The notes under the pieces are model-generated. The model was given only the letters and a program-made list of their open reading frames with translations, did no database searches and had not been told where the DNA came from. A stretch of 56,057 bases of DNA from a virus (taxonomy: Duplodnaviria > Caudoviricetes), in IMG/VR virus record IMGVR_UViG_3300025875_000030, positions 1-56,057 of that record, one strand, 5' to 3'. The position numbers were made by a program, and so were the translations under genes. Below, in pieces: positions 9,422-18,740 of the stretch; positions within the stretch are counted from its first letter, which is position 1; every line of letters starts with the position of its first letter.

Positions 9422-9655
9422 CTATTCAGGTTGTAATAATATTATTTTTTCATTGCCATCATTTACAGTACCTAATATCCTGTAATAATCCACATCATCC
9501 CCGCTTATGGCAGCAGGCGCGCAAACACTCCGGGCAATTATTGATGCCTCAATTTTCTTTGTCTTGGGAAAGGCAACCCGGAGCGTGGGAAATTCCACAT
9601 GCCCCGGCACCACAATGGCAACAATGCCATTTCTCCCTAATGGGATCCTTTCCAT
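9422..9655 (-). CDS. Hypothetical protein
   Basis: Coupled to the upstream gene. Confidence 0.55.
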   Translation of the reverse strand: MERIPLGRNGIVAIVVPGHVEFPTLRVAFPKTKKIEASIIARSVCAPAAISGDDVDYYRILGTVNDGNEKIILLQPE

Positions 9656-10959
9656 TATCTTAACAGTTGGCTTGCCATCTCATCAAAATACAAATCAAAG
9701 AGATGGTTTTGAAAATCCCGGGTTTCATCATCAAAGCCGGATTTTATATGCTCATTTTCCTCAATGATAATCTTGGCAATGGCATTTACATCATACGTAT
9801 CAAGCTTTGTGGAAAGGAGTATTTTTTCGTTTTTGGCTTGAGCCAATGTGTGAGCATCGGTAAATTTCCCGTATAATATCTCCGGGTTAATCAACCTGTA
9901 TTTATAACGGGTTTTTAGGAGGAACGCCAAAGCATCAGTAACCTTATCCAATAATATTTGGCTCACATTTTCAGTTGGTATAAATGTTACTTCATCCTTT
10001 GTGTTAAGCCCTAATATATCCAAATCCTTAAATTGGTTTTGTAGTGATCTTAACAAGTTAGATGGCAATATTACTCTCCCCTCATAATCCTTTGCCTCAA
10101 GAAAGCTTACTAATCCGGCCGGAACAAATTTGATGTTTTTACATGCCTCATGCCACTCCTGCGAAAACGAGCCCCAATAAGTCCAATCAATCGTGTGCTC
10201 CCATTTGCCTTTATCTCCTCCTGCCAATCCCTCAATCAAGTTCCCTATAAGGGTTAAATCCTTGCAGTTTTTCCAAATCTCTGAAACTGTTTTTTTGGCA
10301 GCATATATTGAGTTAATAACGCGGCTCTCATTTATCTCAAAATGCTTTGAGTTATACCAATATAAAGTAACATCATCATCTGTTTGATGAGATAAGATGC
10401 CTCTCCTGAATAACCGGAGGCCTGGCCCGGCTGCTGGATATATAGAGCCGCTATCATTTGAATGAATTACAGCCGGGTTATTGTTGCAGAAATAAAAGAA
10501 CATATTATCATAAAAGTGCCTCACTTTCTCTGTCATTTCAATATAGAAAGTTGTAAACCCTGCCTCCCCAGCAAGAGCATCCGCCTCTGATTGATCAAGC
10601 TTTGCATCTGTATCCTCATCCAATGCATTGGAGTATATTTCCCGGATAGGTGCAAATGGCAAATCCCAATCCTTGCCTCCCATGCCAACAGCCAAGGATG
10701 TTTTTTCTCCATCAACACAAATGATTTCATACTCCTCCTCCCGGAACTTTGTGCCGCTTGTGGTAAATAAAACCTCATGTGTGCCGCGGAATACCCTGAA
10801 AGATATATGATTTCTTAGCATGGAGGCAATTGAATATTTTAGCCCGGAGCCGTAATACCCAATTTTGGTTGTGCTGGTTCTTTTTGATGAGGCTCCAATA
10901 AGGGTAAATGCCTCTTTCTCAATTTCGCCCTTTGACTGAATTTTTAAGTACTGTTTCAT
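9655..10959 (-). CDS. GHKL-type ATPase (permuted motif order) with C-terminal zincin-like segment
   Basis: G.S.K..IGYYGSGLKY precedes REIYSNALDE; C-terminal IIEENEH..GFDDETRDFQ. Confidence 0.65.
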   Translation of the reverse strand: MKQYLKIQSKGEIEKEAFTLIGASSKRTSTTKIGYYGSGLKYSIASMLRNHISFRVFRGTHEVLFTTSGTKFREEEYEIICVDGEKTSLAVGMGGKDWDLPFAPIREIYSNALDEDTDAKLDQSEADALAGEAGFTTFYIEMTEKVRHFYDNMFFYFCNNNPAVIHSNDSGSIYPAAGPGLRLFRRGILSHQTDDDVTLYWYNSKHFEINESRVINSIYAAKKTVSEIWKNCKDLTLIGNLIEGLAGGDKGKWEHTIDWTYWGSFSQEWHEACKNIKFVPAGLVSFLEAKDYEGRVILPSNLLRSLQNQFKDLDILGLNTKDEVTFIPTENVSQILLDKVTDALAFLLKTRYKYRLINPEILYGKFTDAHTLAQAKNEKILLSTKLDTYDVNAIAKIIIEENEHIKSGFDDETRDFQNHLFDLYFDEMASQLLR

Positions 10960-10983
10960 TTTACTGTTTTAAAAAGTTGATTA

Positions 10984-11319
10984 TTATTTTAAGTTATCAA
11001 TTGCATCTGTAACATCTGCCAGCGCTTGAGAGTAAGCATTATCCTCCGCGCTTTCCTCAATGGGCATCAATTCAAGGATTTTTGTTTTTATCTGCTTTAT
11101 CACTATGGGAGATAAATCTTGCTGCACAATGATTGCCGGGGCGCCTTTCTCTGCTAAATCTTTCAACCTGAATGAAAGATCATGTATGATGGCTGTTAAG
11201 TCCTCAAGGAGAGAGAACGGGGATACACCCGTATTTACGGATTTTATAATCTTATCAGTAAGGGCATCATCATTTTGCTTATCAAGAAAGCCCTTTGTAA
11301 AAACGTCTTTAACATTCAT
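10984..11319 (-). CDS. Hypothetical protein
   Basis: Operon packing. Confidence 0.6.
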   Translation of the reverse strand: MNVKDVFTKGFLDKQNDDALTDKIIKSVNTGVSPFSLLEDLTAIIHDLSFRLKDLAEKGAPAIIVQQDLSPIVIKQIKTKILELMPIEESAEDNAYSQALADVTDAIDNLK

Positions 11320-11323
11320 TTTT

Positions 11324-11860
11324 TTAGTATTTAATTACTGTTTTATTAAAATCATCAATTGTTACCTCTCCACGGTTAAGCTGGTTTAGTAAATCTCTCC
11401 CAGCCTCTATGCCCTCATTATATATCCGGTTCCTTTCTTCACTTAATCTTTCTTCAATTATTTTAGGCAAACCATCAACCTCCTTTCTGTGATTGTTAAA
11501 TAGTTCCTCTGCCTCATTAAAAAATTTCTTTAATGGCTCAAATGTGTTGCTTGGGATACATGCTCTTATTCCGTTACTACCGGATGAATATTTAAACCCG
11601 CCTTGCTCTGTTGTGGTTGTTTTAGCGGTAGGATTATTTAGAGCGCCAATAATTTCAATTGCCAACTTGCCTATCATTTCATTTCTAAATGCGTGATAAT
11701 GTTGAAAAATGTGGGTGTACTCTGTTTCTTTTTCATGTTTTTCCGCCTTTCCTATCTCCAAAATTGATTGGCAACTATTGCAAAGCCTCTCTTTATCCCA
11801 TCTTGGAGCCTCAATGCCTGTTTTTTGGCATCCTTGGCAAACTTCTTTTCCTTTATACAT
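11324..11860 (-). CDS. Hypothetical protein with N-terminal Zn finger
   Basis: CQGC..CNSC. Confidence 0.65.
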   Translation of the reverse strand: MYKGKEVCQGCQKTGIEAPRWDKERLCNSCQSILEIGKAEKHEKETEYTHIFQHYHAFRNEMIGKLAIEIIGALNNPTAKTTTTEQGGFKYSSGSNGIRACIPSNTFEPLKKFFNEAEELFNNHRKEVDGLPKIIEERLSEERNRIYNEGIEAGRDLLNQLNRGEVTIDDFNKTVIKY

Positions 11861-11871
11861 GATGATGATGA

Positions 11872-12162
11872 TTATTTAGCAACAAACACAATCCTCAATC
11901 CATCTCTTATATCAATGAATATCTTTGCATCTGTACTGTTAATTACTTTTTTGAAATCCTTGTTTTTACGCTCAACAAATCCCTCCCTTATTGTGGGATG
12001 ATATTGCTCCAGCAGCTTGGCATATTGCCCGGCGCTAACAAGGCGGCTCCCTTTAAATGCAGGATGCTTGTAACGGATGAGAAAGTTTTTGTTAATCCAT
12101 GCCCTTACCGGATCATCTGATTTACGGGCACGGGGTTTCTTGAGTAGTGTTGTATTTTCCAC
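11872..12162 (-). CDS. Hypothetical early-type protein (GTG start)
   Basis: First gene after the promoter at 12191. Confidence 0.65.
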   Translation of the reverse strand: MENTTLLKKPRARKSDDPVRAWINKNFLIRYKHPAFKGSRLVSAGQYAKLLEQYHPTIREGFVERKNKDFKKVINSTDAKIFIDIRDGLRIVFVAK

Positions 12163-12190
12163 GATACAATTTATTACTGTTTTACAGGAG

Positions 12191-12255
12191 CAAATATAAA
12201 TTATTTTATATTACAAAACATAATTATTTTAAATAAAATATAAAATATTTTTTAC
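12191..12255 (-). promoter_or_regulatory. Early-type promoter with palindromic operator and partial second copy
   Basis: caaatata 12191-12198; atataaattattttatat 12194-12211; partial copy 12238-12251. Confidence 0.65.
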
Positions 12256-12261
12256 TCCAAT

Positions 12262-12289
12262 AAAAAAGCCCTGCATATACAGGGCTTTT
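12262..12289. terminator. Intrinsic terminator after SSB
   Basis: aaaagccctg/cagggctttt. Confidence 0.75.
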
Positions 12290-12290
12290 A

Positions 12291-12728
12291 TTAAAACGGC
12301 AAATCATCATGCTCCTCCTCCCGGTAATTGGTTGCCGGTTGAAAATTATCACTTGCTTGGGGAGTTGCCCCTTGCTTGTTTTGATAGGCATCAACCGCGC
12401 TCCCCGGTCCGGTGTATCCTTGAGCCGGTTGTTGTGGTTGCTGCGGGGCCTGGCCCGTTCTTTCAATCATCCATCCTTGGATGCTGTTAAAATACTTTGT
12501 TTCTCCTTGTGGGTTAACCCACTCCCTCCCCCGGAGGTTGATGGCTATCTTAACGGGTTCCCCCAGCTTATACCCATTCAACAGATCGCATTTATCTTGG
12601 GTAAACTCAATCATAATATGTTGAGGATATTGCTCATCTGTTGTAACAACCATCTCTCTTTTACGAAAACCATTTCCTCCAAAGGATTTAGTTTCATCAA
12701 TCATTTTAATCCTGCCTTGTATCTCCAT
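12291..12728 (-). CDS. DUF3127-family OB-fold single-stranded DNA-binding protein
   Basis: MEIQGRIK..FRKREMVV..QYPQHI..NLRGREW..YFNSIQGW; acidic tail DDLPF. Confidence 0.85.
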   Translation of the reverse strand: MEIQGRIKMIDETKSFGGNGFRKREMVVTTDEQYPQHIMIEFTQDKCDLLNGYKLGEPVKIAINLRGREWVNPQGETKYFNSIQGWMIERTGQAPQQPQQPAQGYTGPGSAVDAYQNKQGATPQASDNFQPATNYREEEHDDLPF

Positions 12729-12930
12729 CTTTTTCTATTTTTGTGGGCTGCATGGCGCAAAACCCTTTTTGATAATTTGTATAAGTCCATCCGGGGGTTT
12801 TCTTTAGTTGTAAAGCCTCCCCAAATGTCATGTTTTTAATGACAACATTACCATCCTTTACTGCGCAAACTGTTATCTCTGTGGAGAGCGGCAATGCATG
12901 GTAATCTGCATCTTTTTTACTCTTTGCCAT
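12706..12930 (-). CDS. Hypothetical protein
   Basis: Operon packing. Confidence 0.55.
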   Translation of the reverse strand: MAKSKKDADYHALPLSTEITVCAVKDGNVVIKNMTFGEALQLKKTPGWTYTNYQKGFCAMQPTKIEKDGDTRQD

Positions 12931-13114
12931 CCTTAAGCAGTATTTCTATTGGCTCAATCTCTTTACTCAAATTAAGAGCTCCCTCACATTGCGCCAAAAG
13001 TTCCAAAAATATTTTCTTGTTTTCTTTGGATGCTATTACTTGATGAGCCTTACCATCATTAAACTCAACCAATATTGCAATCTTTCCAATGTTCTTAAAC
13101 TCTAACTCCTCCAT
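12917..13114 (-). CDS. Hypothetical protein (start MEELEF)
   Basis: Operon packing. Confidence 0.55.
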   Translation of the reverse strand: MEELEFKNIGKIAILVEFNDGKAHQVIASKENKKIFLELLAQCEGALNLSKEIEPIEILLKDGKE

Positions 13115-13128
13115 TGTTTCAGTTTTTT

Positions 13129-13563
13129 TTATAATCTGTTTAATGAGTATCCATTTTCCTTTGCCCATTCAGGGTGCTCCTCCACATAAGTATGCCCAGC
13201 CCGGGAAAGTGCAACCCAAAATCTTGTATCAAGGAGGAGAGGGATGTTGTTATCTCTTGCCCATTGATCTGCAAAACCTATCCGGCCCATCTTGTGATGT
13301 ATATCCGTTGCCGGGCGCTTTGTGATGGGGCAAATCTTATTTTCAGGTTTTCCTAAAAACTCAATGCGGGCAACTGTATATTTTCCATCCAATACAGCCT
13401 GCTTTTTAGATTTTTTGTTTATTGCTTTAGATTGTCGCGGCTCCGGCTTTCCCTCAACAGCAACCTTGCATGAGTAACTGCAATATTTGTCAGTTGATTT
13501 GAATTTCTTAAACTCTTTGCCGCAATCCGGGTTATCACAATTCCTGTGGGTTTTAACTTTCAT
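13129..13563 (-). CDS. HNH-like nuclease with N-terminal Zn ribbon
   Basis: CDNPDC..YCSYSC; CPI..ATDIHHKMGR..LSRAGHTYVEEHP. Confidence 0.65.
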   Translation of the reverse strand: MKVKTHRNCDNPDCGKEFKKFKSTDKYCSYSCKVAVEGKPEPRQSKAINKKSKKQAVLDGKYTVARIEFLGKPENKICPITKRPATDIHHKMGRIGFADQWARDNNIPLLLDTRFWVALSRAGHTYVEEHPEWAKENGYSLNRL

Positions 13564-13599
13564 GGCTATAAGTAATTAAAGGGGCATTAAGCCCCTTTG

Positions 13600-14226
13600 T
13601 TAAACCGCTTGCATTTTTGCAGCTTCATCAACTATGTTTGTTTGAGTGCCGCCTTTCTTTTTGCTCCCTTTATCATCTCCCTCTGTAAACATATCCGGAT
13701 CTTTCCTCTTTCCTTGGAAAATAAATCCGTATGCAGCCTCATTTGCGGCATCATAAAGCCCCTCAATTGTTTTCTCAATTGCCATGGCTTCACTATTGAA
13801 ACGGATAACAGGTAACTTAAATTTCATTATGCCGTTTAAAGCTTTTTGAGAACCTGAAATCTTAAGCCCTCTTGTTTCTCCATCTCCCAATAACGAAATA
13901 TCAGAGATGTTAACAATTGAGCCATCCGCCTCACTTACACCGGCAAGAGCCGCCTTAAGTTGCTCCTCGTTATCCTTAACGGCTTCACGGGCAAAATCCC
14001 AGCCTTTTTGCAGCCCCAGCACCCTTGCCGCATGAGTTTTAAACGCCTCAAGGCTGTTTACCAATTCCGGGTGTGGAGTTTCATGGCTGGTGTGTACCCA
14101 TCCATCCCCGGTGCTCTCTGTTTCACGGTATCCAATAACAAGCTTTTTGGCTTTCTCATTGTAACTCATGTGCAGGAGTTCAAAATCCTCAAAGTTGAGG
14201 GCGCGCTTTGGTTTTGCTTTTGTCAT
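13600..14226 (-). CDS. Hypothetical protein
   Basis: Long ORF followed by a hairpin at ~13577-13597. Confidence 0.7.
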   Translation of the reverse strand: MTKAKPKRALNFEDFELLHMSYNEKAKKLVIGYRETESTGDGWVHTSHETPHPELVNSLEAFKTHAARVLGLQKGWDFAREAVKDNEEQLKAALAGVSEADGSIVNISDISLLGDGETRGLKISGSQKALNGIMKFKLPVIRFNSEAMAIEKTIEGLYDAANEAAYGFIFQGKRKDPDMFTEGDDKGSKKKGGTQTNIVDEAAKMQAV

Positions 14227-14243
14227 AATATAATAATTAAAGA

Positions 14244-14882
14244 TTAATACTCAATTTTTGTATCCCAACAGATGATTTGCCCCTCAAATGGTTTTGGGTA
14301 TTTAAACCAACTCAAAAAATCATCAACACTTAACCCATCATTTGAGGCAACTTTTTTTAAATCTGCCTGCCCATTGCTCATGTGGGTTTTTACATTCCTT
14401 ATGTATATGTTGGTGTTGCTGTCAATTCCAAAATCCCAAGTTTTCACAACCTCAATATCCGGGGCTAAAATCAATTGTTTTGAGTTGTATGGCACTCCAC
14501 TCCACATGCGGGGAGAAAACTTATCCCCGGGCTTAAATCTTTTACCTGCGCGTATCGTGTGCCCCTTTGCAAACACATCATCCCTCTCAAGGTAATAACC
14601 CATATCAATTGAGGGATGATCCTGAATATTTTCCCCACAACATTTTGGGCAACTTGGATCATCAAAATCCCCGGTATCTGCAATTGGAGAGCCATCTTGT
14701 AAAGTACAGGATACTCCTTGATAACCACAATCCTTGCATATCGCCATAAAATATGTGGTATCCGGGTAAAGGCTTTTTAAAAGTTTCTCAACAAATAATG
14801 TTGGTTGCCCGGCATTTTGATGGTATGCAGGAAATTTGGTGCTAAATGTAATTACTTTACTCATTGGTTTCTCCTGTTTCAT
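14244..14882 (-). CDS. ASCH/PUA-like protein with inserted Zn finger
   Basis: HTIRAGKRFKPGD..WSGVPY.SKQ..VASNDGLS..DF.SWF; CKDC..CPKC insert. Confidence 0.55.
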   Translation of the reverse strand: MKQEKPMSKVITFSTKFPAYHQNAGQPTLFVEKLLKSLYPDTTYFMAICKDCGYQGVSCTLQDGSPIADTGDFDDPSCPKCCGENIQDHPSIDMGYYLERDDVFAKGHTIRAGKRFKPGDKFSPRMWSGVPYNSKQLILAPDIEVVKTWDFGIDSNTNIYIRNVKTHMSNGQADLKKVASNDGLSVDDFLSWFKYPKPFEGQIICWDTKIEY

Positions 14883-15120
14883 TAACAGTAAACAAGGAAC
14901 TTGGAGGGAAAGAACTTGTTATCATCTGCAAGTATATGGGCTTGCCGCTGTTAATAGCTTCTAAATCCTCTTTGTTGGGCATCCAAGCTGTTATAAAATA
15001 GGGAAAGCCTGTACTTTCATCTCTCCCATACATTGCCCTTAATGGAGTGCATTGCTCATCTGTCATGCTCTCCGGCTTAGTGAGGGTTATATTTGCTCCC
15101 TCAAAATCAATTGGCATCAT
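14857..15120 (-). CDS. Hypothetical protein, possible paralog of 47857-48171
   Basis: PIDFEGAN versus AINFEGVN. Confidence 0.65.
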   Translation of the reverse strand: MMPIDFEGANITLTKPESMTDEQCTPLRAMYGRDESTGFPYFITAWMPNKEDLEAINSGKPIYLQMITSSFPPSSLFTVNETGETNE

Positions 15121-15334
15121 TTGTATTAGTTTTTGGTTTTAAAATATTTACCGGATCCCTCCCCAAAGAAATAAGCTTTTTATCAACAGCAAGGGCGGCA
15201 TCTCTCTCCTCATCATGGTATGATTTGCTTTGATTTCCTTGATTTATATATACTTGAGCCTCCCACTTATTGAAAGGTTTGCCGTGCTTTTTTGCTACAA
15301 ACCTAACATATTTGTAATTAGATGTTTTGCCCAT
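15107..15334 (-). CDS. Stand-alone AP2-domain DNA-binding protein
   Basis: SNYKYV..KWEAQV..ERDAALAVDKKLI. Confidence 0.65.
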   Translation of the reverse strand: MGKTSNYKYVRFVAKKHGKPFNKWEAQVYINQGNQSKSYHDEERDAALAVDKKLISLGRDPVNILKPKTNTNDAN

Positions 15335-16130
15335 GGGTTTGAGGAAATTGGCGTATTTGCAAGCTGCATGGAAATTCTGAAATATCCCCGCCGTGCCTGT
15401 CTTTTAACTTAAGCTGTTGGGCAAGGTGTGTGCCCATTTGTTTCACGAAAACAGGAGTGTTTGATTGATTACATTGCTCCACAATTCTAAGCATCCAAGC
15501 AACCTGATTTGGTCGGTATCTCCAATCTCCATTATCATTGCCGCTTTCTCCCCCAACAATAACCCAATCAATGCCATCCAGCAAGCTTATAATATAAGGC
15601 TCGTTTTTATCTTTCCTGCCATTTACATCAAACTCCAATGGCCCAAGTAATGGCTCCGCGGATATGAATGTTGTTTTTATGCCGGGAAAGGCAGCCAACT
15701 CAATGAGTGTCTTAACGCGGTGCAACTGCTTTCCTGTTTCAACAGATACACCAATCCAAACCTGTTGCCAGCCATCTCCCCAATCAGGAGGCAAGTTCTC
15801 TGCAATACGTTCCGGGCGTTTTGTTAGTATCTGCCAATTAAGATGAGGATTATCCCGGATAATGCCCCATGCCCATGCTCTCCACTCATCCGCCTCCTCA
15901 ATAAAGAAATCACTCCAAGAGCATGTAAATATTTTATCTCCCGGCTTGGCTTGCTTGAGCACTTTGTTGATTGTTTTTTGTGCCACTTGGAGCACATCAG
16001 TTGGCTCCTTGCCATACCGTTCCTGATCCCGGAACATATAACAAAATTTACAACCCGGGCTCACTTTCTTGCAGCCGGTCCAAAAATTAACCGTGTGATC
16101 AGTCCATTGTATTTTACTGTTTTCTGCCAT
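15318..16130 (-). CDS. DUF5131 (phage Gp37/Gp68) family protein with three-Cys motif
   Basis: IQWTDHTVNFWTGCKKVSPGCKFCY, QILTKRPER, SAEPLLG, WVIVGGESG, FVKQMG. Confidence 0.9.
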   Translation of the reverse strand: MAENSKIQWTDHTVNFWTGCKKVSPGCKFCYMFRDQERYGKEPTDVLQVAQKTINKVLKQAKPGDKIFTCSWSDFFIEEADEWRAWAWGIIRDNPHLNWQILTKRPERIAENLPPDWGDGWQQVWIGVSVETGKQLHRVKTLIELAAFPGIKTTFISAEPLLGPLEFDVNGRKDKNEPYIISLLDGIDWVIVGGESGNDNGDWRYRPNQVAWMLRIVEQCNQSNTPVFVKQMGTHLAQQLKLKDRHGGDISEFPCSLQIRQFPQTHGQNI

Positions 16131-16135
16131 AATGT

Positions 16136-16951
16136 TTAAAATAATTCGTTTCTGTAAATTCTCTTTTCAATGATATGAGCATACTCCTCTGAAATTTCAC
16201 TCCCTATGTAGTTTCTCCCAAGCCTCTCCGCAACCTTTGGCGTTGTGCCGCTCCCGGTAAAACAATCATAAACCAAATCTCCCTCATTGCTCCAACTGAT
16301 TATGTGATCCTTGGCAAGAAGTTCCGGAAATATTGCCGGGTGCTCATAAGCAACATCATCCTTTGTGCTGTATCCCTTTCCGTTGTTGTACCTCCAAATG
16401 TTACTCCTGTAACCGTATTCAGAAACAACCCAAGCCTCTGCATCCTGTAACTCTCCATCTGTTTTGCGTGTGGATGGCTTTCCAAAATTAGTATGCCCGG
16501 CCCATCTGTTTTTTTTGTCTTTTATGAGGTTGATGGTTTTGGGCTTTCCTTTGCTGAAAACAAACATATACTCAAATATTTGGCTATATCGGGTGCTTTT
16601 TTCATTTGCTGGGTATGCCGCGCCATTCTTTTCATATATCATGGTATCATGCAGATTAAAGCCCAAACTCATAAAATAAAGGGCTTGCTTAAAGCTGGTG
16701 CCGCTTTCAGAGCCATCAATTACCGCATCCCCAACAACCCACACCAAAACTCCGCCCTCTTTTGTAACCCGGTAAAGTTCTTTGGCAATATCCTCAAATG
16801 GAAAGCTATAGCCTTTGTAATCTCTTAAGTTGTCATAAGGAGGAGAGGTAACAGTTAAATCCACGAACTCCCCGGGCATCCGGCCCATGGTATCCAAACA
16901 ATTCTCAAAGTAAATTTTATTTATCTCCATCCTTATCCGGTTGTTTATCAT
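16136..16951 (-). CDS. Beta-class amino DNA methyltransferase, probably N4-cytosine (likely start MEINK at 16930)
   Basis: TSPPY catalytic motif before DCFTGSGTT SAM motif; HPAIFP. Confidence 0.9.
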   Translation of the reverse strand: MINNRIRMEINKIYFENCLDTMGRMPGEFVDLTVTSPPYDNLRDYKGYSFPFEDIAKELYRVTKEGGVLVWVVGDAVIDGSESGTSFKQALYFMSLGFNLHDTMIYEKNGAAYPANEKSTRYSQIFEYMFVFSKGKPKTINLIKDKKNRWAGHTNFGKPSTRKTDGELQDAEAWVVSEYGYRSNIWRYNNGKGYSTKDDVAYEHPAIFPELLAKDHIISWSNEGDLVYDCFTGSGTTPKVAERLGRNYIGSEISEEYAHIIEKRIYRNELF

Positions 16952-17270
16952 CTCTCATGTAAATCTCCTCCAGCGCCTTTGTTATGCCATAAGAAAGGGC
17001 ATCCTTTGGTGTGGCACAATTCTTTGGCAAAGTAAGCTGCTTGCCCTCTTTTACAAAATACAGGGTAATGATAAACTTGTTTGCCATTGCCGCGTTTACT
17101 TGCTCCAAGATGATTACTCCCTTATCCTCACAATATTTTTTTAGATAGGCAGCTTGCTCAATATCCGGCTTGCCATAAAATCCAAATTGTTCCGGATCGG
17201 TAACATCTGTATGATTTTTATTAAACCATGAGTTAAAATCGTGCCTCTGTTGTACGTTTGCTATTTCCAT
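16917..17270 (-). CDS. Hypothetical protein
   Basis: Operon packing. Confidence 0.6.
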   Translation of the reverse strand: MEIANVQQRHDFNSWFNKNHTDVTDPEQFGFYGKPDIEQAAYLKKYCEDKGVIILEQVNAAMANKFIITLYFVKEGKQLTLPKNCATPKDALSYGITKALEEIYMRDDKQPDKDGDK

Positions 17271-17605
17271 TGCTCTAATTGATTAAGTTTTATTTTTCGT
17301 TCTTCAAGTAATTTCTCCATTTCATCCCGGATGCCCTGCATGGTTTTAATGTTGGCAAGCCGGTTGTTTGCATTGGGCTCTGTAGTGGTTACATTAAATA
17401 GCCTTTCATGCTCCAGCTTAAGGAGGTTAAATGAAAAATCAATCTCATCACATTCCTTGCAAGTTTTTTCAAAGGCTTCAAGCCTTTTAGCTTTCTCCTC
17501 ATCAGTAAACACCCTCCCCATGGGCCGGGGCTTGGATAATGCCCAAAGCCCAATAATGAGTATAAGCACAATAAGGGCTATAAAAGCCCAAATAAAGTAA
17601 TTCAT
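17261..17605 (-). CDS. N-terminally anchored coiled-coil membrane protein
   Basis: Hydrophobic N-terminal helix. Confidence 0.65.
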   Translation of the reverse strand: MNYFIWAFIALIVLILIIGLWALSKPRPMGRVFTDEEKAKRLEAFEKTCKECDEIDFSFNLLKLEHERLFNVTTTEPNANNRLANIKTMQGIRDEMEKLLEERKIKLNQLEQWK

Positions 17606-17606
17606 G

Positions 17607-17939
17607 TTAGTAGTTTATAGAGTTATAAATTTCATCTTTGGTAATACCCGCATCAAATAACTCATCCCCATCCTTGTACACAAGTACACTATCAATGGTA
17701 ATATCAGATATTTCATAATTGATGCCGCCGCCCTCTGTAACTCCCCATTCAGAGTGATAATTCCCGGCGGAAATCTCCTCCCGGGTTCTTGCAGTTAATT
17801 CAACATACATTGTGTATTGGGCACCATCACAATGTGCATAGCTTTCCAATAATATATGTTGATCGTTTTCATCTTGATAATCAAATTTTGTTGTAATATC
17901 ATCAAGGTTTTTAATAAGCTGGGTTTTTATACTTTCCAC
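17607..17939 (-). CDS. Acidic hypothetical early-type protein (GTG start)
   Basis: First gene after the promoter at 17969. Confidence 0.65.
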   Translation of the reverse strand: MESIKTQLIKNLDDITTKFDYQDENDQHILLESYAHCDGAQYTMYVELTARTREEISAGNYHSEWGVTEGGGINYEISDITIDSVLVYKDGDELFDAGITKDEIYNSINY

Positions 17940-17968
17940 GATATAAAATTTTACTGTTTATGTTTGAG

Positions 17969-18000
17969 CAAATATATAAAATATTTTATATTCTAAGCAA
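17969..18000 (-). promoter_or_regulatory. Early-type promoter with perfect 18-bp palindromic operator
   Basis: caaatata 17969-17976; ATATAAAATATTTTATAT 17974-17991; caa 17998. Confidence 0.75.
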
Positions 18001-18009
18001 TAAAATATT

Positions 18010-18537
18010 TTAATTAAATAAGTTTTTCGGTGCATCTCCAACTATCTTGCCCGTTAACCAATCAGGATCCTCCTCCAGCTTTATCCTCCCAAAACTTACA
18101 ATGCATAATGCATCAGAGTTGGACAAGGTAACTTTAACCTCCGGGTAATGTTGTTGGGCATAATCTTTATATCTCTTTTTCCGTATCTGTTTACTCTCTC
18201 CCTTTACCCTTGTTAGTAAAGCGCCCTGCCAGCTTGAGGAGTGAACCTCACAAAATGGGAGGCTGTTTGTTTTCAGGAGAGTTTTAAGGATGGTGTAATT
18301 TTCCATCATCTTGGCAATGGCAAACTTTTTACCGGGAGCATCATCCGCGCCGCCTGCAAAATGGCTTACTCTCTCAATAAAAACAATTGCGTTTTCAAAG
18401 GTTTCTCTTAGGTATCCAAAATATTCATTTGTGGCATCCGCCCCCTTTGGCATCTTAACGGCTGTTGCCTTGCCATCCGTATAAATAGCAATTCCTCCGC
18501 TTGCCCCGGGATCAATCCCGATAATTGTTTTTTTCAT
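18010..18537 (-). CDS. RuvC-like Holliday junction resolvase
   Basis: IIGIDPGASGGIA, VFIERV, SDALCI. Confidence 0.8.
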   Translation of the reverse strand: MKKTIIGIDPGASGGIAIYTDGKATAVKMPKGADATNEYFGYLRETFENAIVFIERVSHFAGGADDAPGKKFAIAKMMENYTILKTLLKTNSLPFCEVHSSSWQGALLTRVKGESKQIRKKRYKDYAQQHYPEVKVTLSNSDALCIVSFGRIKLEEDPDWLTGKIVGDAPKNLFN

Positions 18538-18731
18538 GCTGTGATGATTTTGTTTAATTGTTCTCTGTACACTTTTTTGCTGGTGCCAAGCTTAACATAA
18601 AACTTGCCATCTTTCTGCTTATGGAAAATAAATCCATCCAAATCCCTCAAGGCTTTTTTATATTGCTCTTTGGTAACTTCAATCTCCTGATTGTATGCAG
18701 GCAATTCCGGTTTTTCAATACTGTTTTTCAT
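18534..18731 (-). CDS. Hypothetical protein
   Basis: ATGA coupling. Confidence 0.6.
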   Translation of the reverse strand: MKNSIEKPELPAYNQEIEVTKEQYKKALRDLDGFIFHKQKDGKFYVKLGTSKKVYREQLNKIITA

Positions 18732-18740
18732 AGTTTCTTT

